Origin: Candidatus Rokuibacteriota bacterium
GTDB taxonomy: Bacteria; Methylomirabilota; Methylomirabilia; Rokubacteriales; DASRDR01
Direction of reading: 5' to 3'
DNA length: 61,718 nt
Assembly: GCA_044866005.1 (NCBI GenBank)
Contig: JBIOTN010000220.1
Coordinates: 1 to 61,718, forward strand
In this document: one piece after another, positions 9,277 to 17,644 of the stretch
How positions within the stretch are numbered: position 1 is the first letter of the stretch
Layout: every line of letters starts with the position of its first letter
Notes under the pieces: generated by a model
Database searches by the model: none
Told to the model about the DNA's origin: nothing
What the model saw: the letters and a program-made list of their open reading frames with translations, nothing else
Made by a program: the position numbers and the translations under genes

Positions 9277-10260
9277 TCAGACCCGGGCCCGCTCCATGAA
9301 CTCCCGGCGGAGCGCCTGGCCCCAGTCGGGAATCGCGCCGATCTTCTTCTCGGCCAGGAGTCCTTCCGCAGTCTGCTGCATGTAGGGGCGGAGATCGGTC
9401 GGGAAGCCCGGCTCCACCTCGACGCCGGCGAGGGCCTTGCCGAACGTCTCCCGACTCATCTTGTACCCCTTCCCCGTGTAGAAGCCGTAGATGACGTCGG
9501 CCACCCTGGCCGGGTTCTGCTTGAAGTCCCGCCCGACGTCGAGCCAGGCCCGGAGGTACTCCACGACGACCTCGGGGTGCTTCTCCACGAACTCCGGGGT
9601 CGCCGCCATGACCACCGGCATCCGGTCGTACTCGTAGAAGTTCACGACCGTCGTCGCGATCCCGTCGGCCTCGGCGATGGACGCGTAGGGTTCCACCGTG
9701 ACGAACGCGTCGATGGACTTCGCGGCGGCGGCCGCGACCATCTCGTTCACGTTCATCTTGATCTCCTGGTAGTCGCCCTTCTTCAAGCCCGCGCGCGCCG
9801 CGATGATGTCGACGAACGTGTTGCCGGTCGAGGACCCCGACTGGTTCGCGATCCGCAGGCCCCGGAGGTCGGCGACCTTGGTGATCCCCAGCTCCTTCCG
9901 CGCCATCACGCGCGCCGTCTTCCCGACCTGCTCGATCTGGGCGATCGCCACGAGCTTCCCCTTGTCGTGGCCGAGGATGAAGGACTGGCCGGCGTAGGTC
10001 CCGAGGTCCACCTGGCGCGCCACCATCTGCTGCATGGTCAGGTTCCCGGAGGGGACCGAGAACTCCTCGAACCGGATGCCGCGCTTTTCCAGGTGGCCCG
10101 AGCGGAGGAGGTAGTAGGTCGGCATCCCCCACATGTTGGTCTGGTAGCCCTGCCGGATGACGGGCCCCTGGGCCAGGGCCGCCCGCCGCCCGAGACCGGC
10201 CGTCGCCGCGAGGCCGGTGCCGGAGAGGATCAGGAGCTCGCGCCGCGTCAGTCCACCCAT
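9277..10260 (-). CDS. ABC substrate-binding protein, SsuA/NrtA/NMT1 type, Tat-exported
   Basis: Twin-arginine LTRRELL signal, ITKVADLRGLRIA, DAFVTVEPY, FVEKHPEVV..YLRAW. Confidence 0.85.
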   Translation of the reverse strand: MGGLTRRELLILSGTGLAATAGLGRRAALAQGPVIRQGYQTNMWGMPTYYLLRSGHLEKRGIRFEEFSVPSGNLTMQQMVARQVDLGTYAGQSFILGHDKGKLVAIAQIEQVGKTARVMARKELGITKVADLRGLRIANQSGSSTGNTFVDIIAARAGLKKGDYQEIKMNVNEMVAAAAAKSIDAFVTVEPYASIAEADGIATTVVNFYEYDRMPVVMAATPEFVEKHPEVVVEYLRAWLDVGRDFKQNPARVADVIYGFYTGKGYKMSRETFGKALAGVEVEPGFPTDLRPYMQQTAEGLLAEKKIGAIPDWGQALRREFMERARV

Positions 10261-10487
10261 CGCCGTCCTCCACCCCGCCCCGCCGCTGCCCGGGGCGCCC
10301 ACCGCGTCCCGCGTGTGCCTGCCGTGGGGAGAATTGTACGGGACGGGCCCGCGCGTTGACCACCCCCCACCCGGCCGCGCTCCGCGCCCCGGCCGGGTGT
10401 GGTAGGATGCCTCCCGCTCTTCGCGCTCCAGAAGCTCCCTCGACGGAACCGCGGCGCCCCCGCGCGCTGCGAGGAGGGCCGCGCCCC

Positions 10488-10901
10488 ATGCGCCTGCCGT
10501 TCGCGATCCTCTCGCTCGCCCTCGCCGCGCTGGTCGGCCCCACGCCGGACGCCGCCGCCCAGACCCCGGTCCGGATCGGCTTCCTCGCGCCCCTCAGCGG
10601 GGCCATCGCCCAGGCCGGCCGGGACATGTACGGCGGTCGCCTGGAGGACCGCGCGGCCTTCATGGCCGCCCTCCGAGCGGTCGAGATCGCCGACGCCCCG
10701 CGGGGCCCCATCAAGATGGACCCCTACGGGAACCCGACGCAGAACATCTACATCCGGAAGGTGGAGCGCGTGGGCGGACTCCTCCAGAACACCGTCATCC
10801 ACACGTACCCGGCCGTCAGCCAGTTCTGGAAGTACACCCCCGAGGAGTTCCTGAAGCAGCCCGTCTACTCGCGCGACTTCCCGCCGTGCCGCTACTGCTG
10901 A
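10488..10901 (+). pseudogene. Internally deleted paralog of the 8003-9247 substrate-binding protein (137 aa)
   Basis: Signal peptide plus VRIGFLAPLSGAIAQAGRDM is joined in frame to the C-terminal APRGPIKMDPYGNPTQNIYIRKVERVGG..YSRDFPPCRYC. About 270 central residues present in the neighbour are missing. Confidence 0.75.
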
Positions 10902-10925
10902 GCGATCTCGGCTAGAATCGAGGCC

Positions 10926-12140
10926 ATGACGACTGGATCCTCACACAACCTGCGGCTTCTGGCCCACCACGAGCTCAACGGCTTCGGGAACGTCGGCGAG
11001 GGCATGGCGGTCCAGCTCACGCGGGACGGCCGCCGCGTCCTCTGGCTCGCCCACGAGTCGGCCCCCAAGGCCCTCACCGCCGTGGACGTGACCGAGCCGC
11101 GGAAGCCGGCCGTGGTCTACCAGTCCGACCTGCCCCACGGCGAGATGCGCTCGAACTCCCTCGACCTCGTGGGAGACCTCCTCGCCGTGGCCTACCAGAC
11201 CGCGCGCGTCGGGATGCAGCCCGCGGGCTTCGAGCTCTTCGACGTCGGCGACCCGGTCCGGCCGAAGTCGGTCGCCTTCTTCGACGCCTCGGGGCCGGCC
11301 TCGCGCGGCGTCCACCACCTCTGGTTCGTGGACGGGGAGTACGTGCACCTGAGCGGGGGCGCCGCCGACTTCACCCCGCGGAACCGCAAGGACGACCAGT
11401 TCTACCGGATCGTGGACGTGCGGGAGCCCACGCGCCCGCGTGAGGTCGGTCGCTGGTGGCTCCCGGGCACGCGCGACGGCGACCCCGAGCCGCCGCCCGC
11501 GCGCCACCCCACGTTCGACACCGGCTTCCGCGCCCACAACACCAACGTCTATCCCCGCCGCCCCGACCGCGCCTGGGTGGGCTACCTGGACGGCGGCGCG
11601 ATCGTGCTCGACATCGCCGACATGGGGCATCCGCGGCTCCTGAGCCGCTGGGACTACCACCCGCCCTTCCCGGGGTTCACCCACACGCTCCTGCCGCTCT
11701 TCGACCGCCAGCTCCTCGTCGTCTCCGACGAGGCGATCGCGGACGGCGGCGCCGACTGGCCGAAGCTCGTGTGGGTGCTCGACGCGCGCGCGGAGACGAA
11801 CCTGGTGCCGATCAGCACCTGCCCGCTCCCGCCGGTCTCCGAGTTCGCGGGCCGCGGCGGACGGTACGGCGCCCACAACCTCCACGAGAACCGCCCCGCG
11901 CCGGGCTCCTGGGTGTCGGAGACGGTCGTCGTGGGGACCTTCTTCAACGGCGGCGTCCGCGCCTTCGACCTCTCCGACCCGTTCCGGCCCGAGGAGGTCG
12001 CCTCCTACGTCCCGCCGCCGCCCCGGCGCTCGCCCAAGGGGGCCGCCCAGCTCAACGACGTCTTCGTGGACGACCGCGGCGTCGTCTACACCGTCGACCG
12101 CTTCACCGGCGGCCTCTACGTCCTCGAGCTCCGCCTGTAG
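10926..12140 (+). CDS. LVIVD-repeat beta-propeller protein
   Basis: Repeated blades AVDVTEPRKP, LFDVGDPVRP, IVDVREPTRP, VLDIADMGHP, AFDLSDPFRP. No signal peptide. Confidence 0.8.
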   Translation: MTTGSSHNLRLLAHHELNGFGNVGEGMAVQLTRDGRRVLWLAHESAPKALTAVDVTEPRKPAVVYQSDLPHGEMRSNSLDLVGDLLAVAYQTARVGMQPAGFELFDVGDPVRPKSVAFFDASGPASRGVHHLWFVDGEYVHLSGGAADFTPRNRKDDQFYRIVDVREPTRPREVGRWWLPGTRDGDPEPPPARHPTFDTGFRAHNTNVYPRRPDRAWVGYLDGGAIVLDIADMGHPRLLSRWDYHPPFPGFTHTLLPLFDRQLLVVSDEAIADGGADWPKLVWVLDARAETNLVPISTCPLPPVSEFAGRGGRYGAHNLHENRPAPGSWVSETVVVGTFFNGGVRAFDLSDPFRPEEVASYVPPPPRRSPKGAAQLNDVFVDDRGVVYTVDRFTGGLYVLELRL

Positions 12141-12213
12141 CGCCCCCCCAGCACGCCGCGCGCTGTCTGGCGTCATCCGAGCGCCTGTCATGGCTGCCTC
12201 GTAAGGTCCAGCG

Positions 12214-13875
12214 ATGCGCGACACACCCGACGATCGCGAGCTCGACGATCTGCGGCGAAGGATCGGCGACGGGCTCCGCGCCTTCCTGCGTCACGACCGT
12301 CGCCGGCTCGACCCGTTCGAGGGCGACGCCGCGGCCACGGACGCGGAGGAGGAGGAAGCCAAGCTCAAGGAGTTCGAGCGAGACCTCGAGCGGCGGGAGA
12401 CGATCCTCAAGGGGCGCCCGCCGGACGAGGGGGAGGTCGGGGAGTTCGAGGACGGGCTGAAGGCGCTCCAGCTGGCGCTGAAGACGTTCGAGGACAAGCT
12501 CCACGACCTCGGCGTCCCGAAGTTCCCGGCGCCGGACGACGCCTTCCGCACGCTGGTCGAGAGCTTCGAGGACCTCCTCCGAGGGGACGAACGCCTCCTG
12601 GAGAGCTTCGAGGACCTCCTCCGCCGCTTCCAGCCCACCCCGGTCGGATTGCTCACGAGCTTCGAGGATCTCCTCGGAAAGCTCGTGGATCTGCTGCTGA
12701 GCTTCGACTGGCTCGTTCGACGCTGGCTGTCGCCGCCGCAGGCATTGCTGGAAAGCCTCGAGGAGCTGTTGAAGGGATTCCTGAAGCTCCTCGGCAGCTT
12801 CGAGACGCTGGTCAAGCAGAGCCATCCCACCAACCGGTCGTTCATCCTGAGCTTCGAGGAGCTGCTGGGATCGCAGTTCGGAAGGCCGCTGACCGCGTTG
12901 CTCAAGGGGTTCGCGGAGCGCGTGTCCTTCGGCGAGAACGAGCAAGGGCAGATGCGGCTCCTGGATAGCCTCATCGGCCTCCTCGAGGGGCTGGGCGAGC
13001 TGTTGAAGAGCTTCGAGGATCTGCTCGAGGGCATTCCGCCGGACGCCACGCTGGCGAAGTCGTTCGAGGGCCGCCTGGAAGATTACGAGGAGCTGCTCGG
13101 GGAGCTGGAGAAGGCCCTCAAGGACGTGGCGCCGAAGGCGCGCGGCCCGCTCTTGCGGTTCGAAGCGCTGCTGCGTCGGCTCGAAGAGCTGCTGGCCAGC
13201 TTCGAAGACCTCCTCCGTCGGTTCGCGATCCCGCCACGCGACCTGGTCAGGAGCTTCGAGAGCCTGCTGCGCGCGCTCGAGGAGCTGCTCGAGAGCTTCG
13301 AGGATCTGGTCCGCGGCGTCCCGGAGGAGGACCTGATCCGGAGCTTCGAGAGCCTGCTGCACCGTCTCGCCGAATTGCTCGAGAGCTTCCAGAGATTCGT
13401 GCCACTGGATGACGAGGATCTCAAGTCCAGCCGGGACGCCTTGTGGCAGAAATACCAGAGGCTCGTGGGGAGCCTGGAGGAGCTCAAGCGACGGCTGCCC
13501 GAGCTGCCGCCGGACCTTCAGCAGAGCAACCCGCAGGTGCTCGACCAGCTGCTGGGTCTGCAGGAGCGGGCGTTCGAGCAGCGCGGGAGCGGGTCCTGGA
13601 CGCAGGTCGTCGAGGACATCGACGCCGTCATCGAGACCGGGAAGCTCCTCTACGACCTCGCCGAGCTCCTCGGACGGCAGTCGCGCCTGGATCGGACGGC
13701 GGTCGAGATGGTGGCGCGCCTCGTGCCGCGTCACCGAGGGCTGGTGGACGCGTGCGAGCGCCTGACCCGCCAGATGGAGCGGCCGCCGGGGATGGTGACC
13801 GATGCCCTGGAGGACGCGCGATGGGTCCACGAGCGCGTCGCCGAGCGGGTGCGGCGCTTGACCGGAGGGATGTAA
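12214..13875 (+). CDS. Hypothetical 553-aa protein with about 11 tandem amphipathic-helix SFEDLL repeats
   Basis: The ORF has normal GC-rich codon usage. The SFE motif occurs 11 times, typically in pairs 14 residues apart, separated by Pro-containing linkers. Confidence 0.8.
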   Translation: MRDTPDDRELDDLRRRIGDGLRAFLRHDRRRLDPFEGDAAATDAEEEEAKLKEFERDLERRETILKGRPPDEGEVGEFEDGLKALQLALKTFEDKLHDLGVPKFPAPDDAFRTLVESFEDLLRGDERLLESFEDLLRRFQPTPVGLLTSFEDLLGKLVDLLLSFDWLVRRWLSPPQALLESLEELLKGFLKLLGSFETLVKQSHPTNRSFILSFEELLGSQFGRPLTALLKGFAERVSFGENEQGQMRLLDSLIGLLEGLGELLKSFEDLLEGIPPDATLAKSFEGRLEDYEELLGELEKALKDVAPKARGPLLRFEALLRRLEELLASFEDLLRRFAIPPRDLVRSFESLLRALEELLESFEDLVRGVPEEDLIRSFESLLHRLAELLESFQRFVPLDDEDLKSSRDALWQKYQRLVGSLEELKRRLPELPPDLQQSNPQVLDQLLGLQERAFEQRGSGSWTQVVEDIDAVIETGKLLYDLAELLGRQSRLDRTAVEMVARLVPRHRGLVDACERLTRQMERPPGMVTDALEDARWVHERVAERVRRLTGGM

Positions 13876-13885
13876 CGGGCGGAAA

Positions 13886-13901
13886 CCCCGGGTCTCCGGG
13901 G
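13886..13901 (+). terminator. GC-rich hairpin after the repeat-protein stop codon (possible terminator without a U-tract)
   Basis: CCCCGG-GTCT-CCGGGG about 10 nt after TAA at 13875. Confidence 0.3.
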
Positions 13902-13975
13902 CGAGCCGGCGAGCGTTCCCCCACCCAAGACGTCCGACCTGCCCGCCATGTCCCTGGAATCGTTGAGCCTCCTTC

Positions 13976-13990
13976 TGGCACTGAGCTTGC
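13976..13990 (+). promoter_or_regulatory. Sigma-54 (-24/-12) promoter
   Basis: TGGCACTGAGCTTGC matches TGGCAC-N5-TTGC exactly. It lies about 50 nt upstream of GGAGGGAGG-ATG at 14043. Confidence 0.75.
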
Positions 13991-14042
13991 CCGAGGGACA
14001 GGGGTGGCAGGTCGTGGCAGGTCTCGGCGTACGGGAGGGAGG

Positions 14043-14900
14043 ATGGCGATGCGACAGCACGCGGCTCGGCAGATCCTGCTCGGATGTGCGATGCCCTTGC
14101 TCCTGGCGCAGACCGCCTGCGTGGCGGCGACGCCGCAGGGGCGGCTCCCGGCGGCGAGCCCCGCCGCTGGGCCCGCCGCGAGCGTGAGCAAGGCGGAGCG
14201 GAAGGGGTGCGAGGCGGAAGCCCGCACGGAAGCGGCCGGAACCCTTACCCCCTCGGTCGCTCACGGCGCCGGCGGTGGCGCCGCTGGGGCCCTCGCGGCA
14301 TTCCATCCGCAATTTGTCGTCCAGAGCATGGGCGCCAGTCTCGTCGCAGCGCCGGTCTTGGCGCCGATCTTCGCGGTCGTCGGCGGCGTGGGCTCGGCCA
14401 TCGAAGGCAAACAGCTCCGCGACGAAGCCTATCGAAGGTCGAGGGACGACTGTCTCGAGCGACTCAGCCTCGAGCAAACGCTGGGCCCGAACGATCCCGC
14501 CGTCGTCGAGGGTCACGCCGCCGCGGCGCGGCGCTATCTCCGGCTTGCGGACGCTAACGCGGCTGTCGGTGCTCGGTTTGCCGTGGCCGCCGGGACCGCC
14601 CCGGCCGAGCCGGTGAGCTTCCGCACGACCGAAGACGCGCCGTCGAGGGGTTTCCCGTCTCCCGCCTTCGAGAGCTCCCGGCTCGCCGCGCTCGCCTCTC
14701 GCGCACGAGAATACCGGCTGGTCGCCCGGGCGCTCTACCAGAGCGCACTGGCCATCCAGGAGCGGACGCTCGGGCCCGACCACCCGGAGGTGGCGGACTC
14801 GCTCGAGGGCTACGCGGTTCTCCTGCGGGCCCTCACGCGGGACGCCGAGGCCACCGCGCAGGAATCGCGCGCCCGAACGATCCGGTCGATCAACCGCTGA
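14043..14900 (+). CDS. Exported or lipoprotein with a Gly/Ala-rich hydrophobic segment and C-terminal tetratricopeptide repeat
   Basis: N-terminal hydrophobic stretch ending ..TAC. ALYQSALAIQERTLGPDHPEVADSLEGYAVLL is a kinesin-light-chain-like TPR. A second degenerate EQTLGPNDPAV is present. Confidence 0.7.
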   Translation: MAMRQHAARQILLGCAMPLLLAQTACVAATPQGRLPAASPAAGPAASVSKAERKGCEAEARTEAAGTLTPSVAHGAGGGAAGALAAFHPQFVVQSMGASLVAAPVLAPIFAVVGGVGSAIEGKQLRDEAYRRSRDDCLERLSLEQTLGPNDPAVVEGHAAAARRYLRLADANAAVGARFAVAAGTAPAEPVSFRTTEDAPSRGFPSPAFESSRLAALASRAREYRLVARALYQSALAIQERTLGPDHPEVADSLEGYAVLLRALTRDAEATAQESRARTIRSINR

Positions 14901-15189
14901 CATTGAAGTACAGGCGTTTCTCCCGAAACCTGGTGTCGATCTTCGCGCGATCGGTCGCCACGAGCGCATAGAGGATATTGAGCGCCTCGAGCGGACCGGA
15001 GACATACCGAGGCTTTCTAGAACCTCTGACGACGTCGCTCGAGGTGACGGCCTTGCGACCCGCAAAGCGCTTTGCCACGTACTCCGCGGCGTCGACCTTC
15101 ACGGCGTTGAAATCGTGGAGAAGCCCTGTCGTCCGCCTGCCGGATGACGTTGAGTAGCGTATCGTCGCGCGCGCAGGGCGGAGTTCCAC
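14890..15189 (-). CDS. Small hypothetical protein, possibly an N-terminally truncated remnant
   Basis: 99-aa ORF with globular-looking composition (PLEALNILYALV, RLYFNV) fills the gap and overlaps the convergent stop. An in-frame stop lies just upstream of the GTG and there is no clear SD. Confidence 0.35.
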   Translation of the reverse strand: MELRPARATIRYSTSSGRRTTGLLHDFNAVKVDAAEYVAKRFAGRKAVTSSDVVRGSRKPRYVSGPLEALNILYALVATDRAKIDTRFREKRLYFNVSG

Positions 15190-15373
15190 AGGCTGTCAGG
15201 CCGCTGCTTGGGACGGGATCGAGTCTCTGTCGCTTGGCTTGGCGCGGTATGATGTGAACGAGCACGTGACTTCCTGCGCGGCTATACTGCGAGGCGCTGC
15301 AGCCGATGTCGAGCGGAAGCGGATCTCCTCGCGACCTGGGTAGCGGAGACGGGCGGCGGCCGACGGTGCCAGC

Positions 15374-16108
15374 GTGATGACACGTCGCCTCCTGACGGCC
15401 CTCCTGCTGCTCGCGGCCCGGGGTACTCTCGCCTCGGCCGAGCCGGTGGTCGATGGCTTCGAGGCCGGGTCCATCGGGCCGCTCTGGAAGACGCACCGCG
15501 TGAAGCCGGGAGGCGTCACGATTCAACGGAACATCGTCCGCTCCGGCATCGCCGCCCTGCGGTTCGAGCTGCACCAGGGCGACGTGGCCGGTATCGGCGG
15601 CGACGGCGAGGCCACGGAACGGGCGGAGCTCCAGGAGGCGGACGGGCTATGGGCCCGCTTCGGGGAGACCCACGAGTATCGCTTCAGCGTGTACGTGCCC
15701 GCCGACTTCCCCATCGTCGACACGCGGCTGGTCACGGCGCAGTGGAAGCAGCACTGCGAGGACTGCTCGAAGAACCGCAGCCCGATCGTGGCCCAGCGCT
15801 ATCGCCGCGGCACGCTCTTCGTCACGATCGAGACCCCGACGGGGCGGACGACGATTTATCGGTACGATCGGTCCATTCTCGGACAGTGGGTGGATCTTCG
15901 CTACCGTATCCGGTTCGCGGTGTCCGACGGGGCGGTGATGCTGTGGCTGAACGGTGCGCGGGTGGCGGATTACCGGGGGCCCCTGGGCTACCCGGACGAC
16001 CCCCCGGAAATCTATTTCCGGTTCGGCCTGTACCGCGACCGACTGCCTCAGCCCATGGTCATCTACTTCGACGACTACTGGCACGAGCGAGTGAGCAAGG
16101 AGCCGTAG
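15374..16108 (+). CDS. Secreted polysaccharide lyase / heparin lyase I-like beta-jelly-roll protein
   Basis: Signal peptide, ALRFEL, ERAEL, YRFSVYVP, AQWK, YFRFGLYR, IYFDDY. Confidence 0.75.
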   Translation: MMTRRLLTALLLLAARGTLASAEPVVDGFEAGSIGPLWKTHRVKPGGVTIQRNIVRSGIAALRFELHQGDVAGIGGDGEATERAELQEADGLWARFGETHEYRFSVYVPADFPIVDTRLVTAQWKQHCEDCSKNRSPIVAQRYRRGTLFVTIETPTGRTTIYRYDRSILGQWVDLRYRIRFAVSDGAVMLWLNGARVADYRGPLGYPDDPPEIYFRFGLYRDRLPQPMVIYFDDYWHERVSKEP

Positions 16109-16114
16109 CTTTCG

Positions 16115-16993
16115 ATGAGCCGCGAGACTGGAAGGGAGCCGCGCGTGTCTTCGATGTTCTGGTCGTACGTTCCATCGAGCCCCGGCGGTCTGCTCGAGGC
16201 CGACCGCGCGTTCTATGACCGGCTCGCCCGCGAGAGTCGATCACACACGTTGGCCGAGCGCTTCGTGGTCCCGATCCGCTCGGGTCGGGCCTGGCCCGTG
16301 CGGGCCGGCCAGCTCTGCCGGATCGTGGTGACCGAGGGGCCCCAGGTCGGCGACTTCAACTGCTGGAACCTCCACAATCCCCGGGAGCGCTTCTGGGCCG
16401 CCCGGACCAGGCAGCTTCACCACGCCCACGTCACGACGTACGACCGGCTCTGGTCGACCCTCCCCTATCTGCGTCCCATGCTGACCATCACCAACGACAC
16501 GATCCACTACGGCGTGGATTCGGACGGCGGCCGGTGCCACGACCTGCTCGGCTCACGCTGCGACCCGTACGTGAACAAGCTGCTGACCGGCCAGGAGTTC
16601 GACTTCCACTGCCACTCGAACCTCACCCGGGCCGTTCTCCCGTACGGCCTGACAGAGCTCGACGTCCACGACGTCCTGAACATCTTCCAGGTGACCGCGC
16701 TCCAGGACGATCGCTACGCCATGAAAGCCAGCCCGGCGAAGAAGGGGGATTTCTTCGAGTTCTTCGCCGAAATCGACCTCCTCTGCGCGCTTTCGACGTG
16801 TCCGGGGGGAGACCTCTCGGTACCGCTGTGGGGGCCGGAGGCCGGGGATCCGCTCTCCGTCTGCCGCCCCTTGGGCGTCGAGGTGTATCGGCCGGACGCC
16901 GAGCTTCTCCGCGGCTGGGCCTCTCCGGCGCCCGCCGCGTATCGTGGGAATCACGGGATGCGGATGCCGGCGTGGCCGCCGGCGCCCGCGTAG
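16115..16993 (+). CDS. Urea carboxylase-associated family protein (DUF1989)
   Basis: EGPQVGDFN, HDLLGSRCDPY, CHSNL, VHDVLNIFQ, AEIDLLCALSTCPGGD. An alternative start exists at 16153. Confidence 0.85.
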   Translation: MSRETGREPRVSSMFWSYVPSSPGGLLEADRAFYDRLARESRSHTLAERFVVPIRSGRAWPVRAGQLCRIVVTEGPQVGDFNCWNLHNPRERFWAARTRQLHHAHVTTYDRLWSTLPYLRPMLTITNDTIHYGVDSDGGRCHDLLGSRCDPYVNKLLTGQEFDFHCHSNLTRAVLPYGLTELDVHDVLNIFQVTALQDDRYAMKASPAKKGDFFEFFAEIDLLCALSTCPGGDLSVPLWGPEAGDPLSVCRPLGVEVYRPDAELLRGWASPAPAAYRGNHGMRMPAWPPAPA

Positions 16994-17022
16994 GCGGTCG
17001 AGGCCGAGCGGCGGGCCGCTGG

Positions 17023-17104
17023 CTACTGGAGATCGCCGGGGGTCAGGCCCGTCAGGCGCGCGATTCGAAACACGCCTGGCCTTCGTGGCAGGCCATGCAC
17101 TCAC
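17023..17104 (-). pseudogene. hicA: HicA-family toxin remnant (internal deletion plus frameshift)
   Basis: GTGA overlap with the hicB stop gives MSAWPATKARRV. One base later a different frame reads RIARLTGLTPGDLQ*, a HicA-like C-terminus. The central GSH catalytic region is absent. Confidence 0.7.
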
Positions 17105-17313
17105 GCCGCGTCGAACAGCCCGCTGAGTTCCGGAATGACTTCCCCGTGCTCGAGACGGTCTGCGAGAACGCGGAGAGCGAGTACCTCCGCCCGGGCGATG
17201 GCCTCTTCGCGCGTCTCCCCGTAGGCCAAGACCCCCGGGAGGCGAGCGACCTCAGCGATCCATCGCCCGTCTTCCTCACGCTCGACCTCGACCGCTAGTT
17301 TCGGTCGATCCAT
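17101..17313 (-). CDS. hicB: HicB-family antitoxin (short form, 70 aa)
   Basis: VEVEREEDGRWIAEVARLPGVLAYGETREEAIARA. Confidence 0.88.
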   Translation of the reverse strand: MDRPKLAVEVEREEDGRWIAEVARLPGVLAYGETREEAIARAEVLALRVLADRLEHGEVIPELSGLFDAA

Positions 17314-17427
17314 GGTCGGCAGGATACCATCGATCGGTCCTGCGGCTGAAACCCTGACGCCCGCGCCAACGGCGGCCCGGGTCAGAGCCGGCCCACCCAC
17401 TCAGCTCAGTTGCCGAAGATCCCAAGC

Positions 17428-17613
17428 TCAGCGGCGCATCTCCCGCCAGAGCATCACCGCGAGCCCGCCCGCGATCAGGACCGCGAGCCCGCTCGGCCAG
17501 AGCGGGACGATGACGCCGTGGACGGTCACCTCCCAGCGGAAGACGAGGCGGACGAGCTGCACCGCGGCGATGAGCGCGAGCAGGACGGCGGCGAGCGCGG
17601 TGAATGGCTTCAC
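17428..17613 (-). CDS. Small two-TM membrane protein (61 aa)
   Basis: GAGGAG SD plus GTG start. MKPFTALAAVLLALIAAVQLVR..VPLWPSGLAVLIAGGLAVMLWRE. Confidence 0.7.
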   Translation of the reverse strand: MKPFTALAAVLLALIAAVQLVRLVFRWEVTVHGVIVPLWPSGLAVLIAGGLAVMLWREMRR

Positions 17614-17644
17614 GGAGACTCCTCGGCTCGTGCCGGGCGACGGC

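Noticed and set aside
12555..13390. Regularly recurring AGCTTCGAG words resembling a CRISPR or DNA repeat array
   Set aside because: The repeats are short, degenerate, in frame and explained by the SFE protein motif. No cas genes are present.
12140..17400. Prophage or integrative element explaining the accessory stretch
   Set aside because: No integrase, transposase, tRNA or flanking direct repeats were found by eye.
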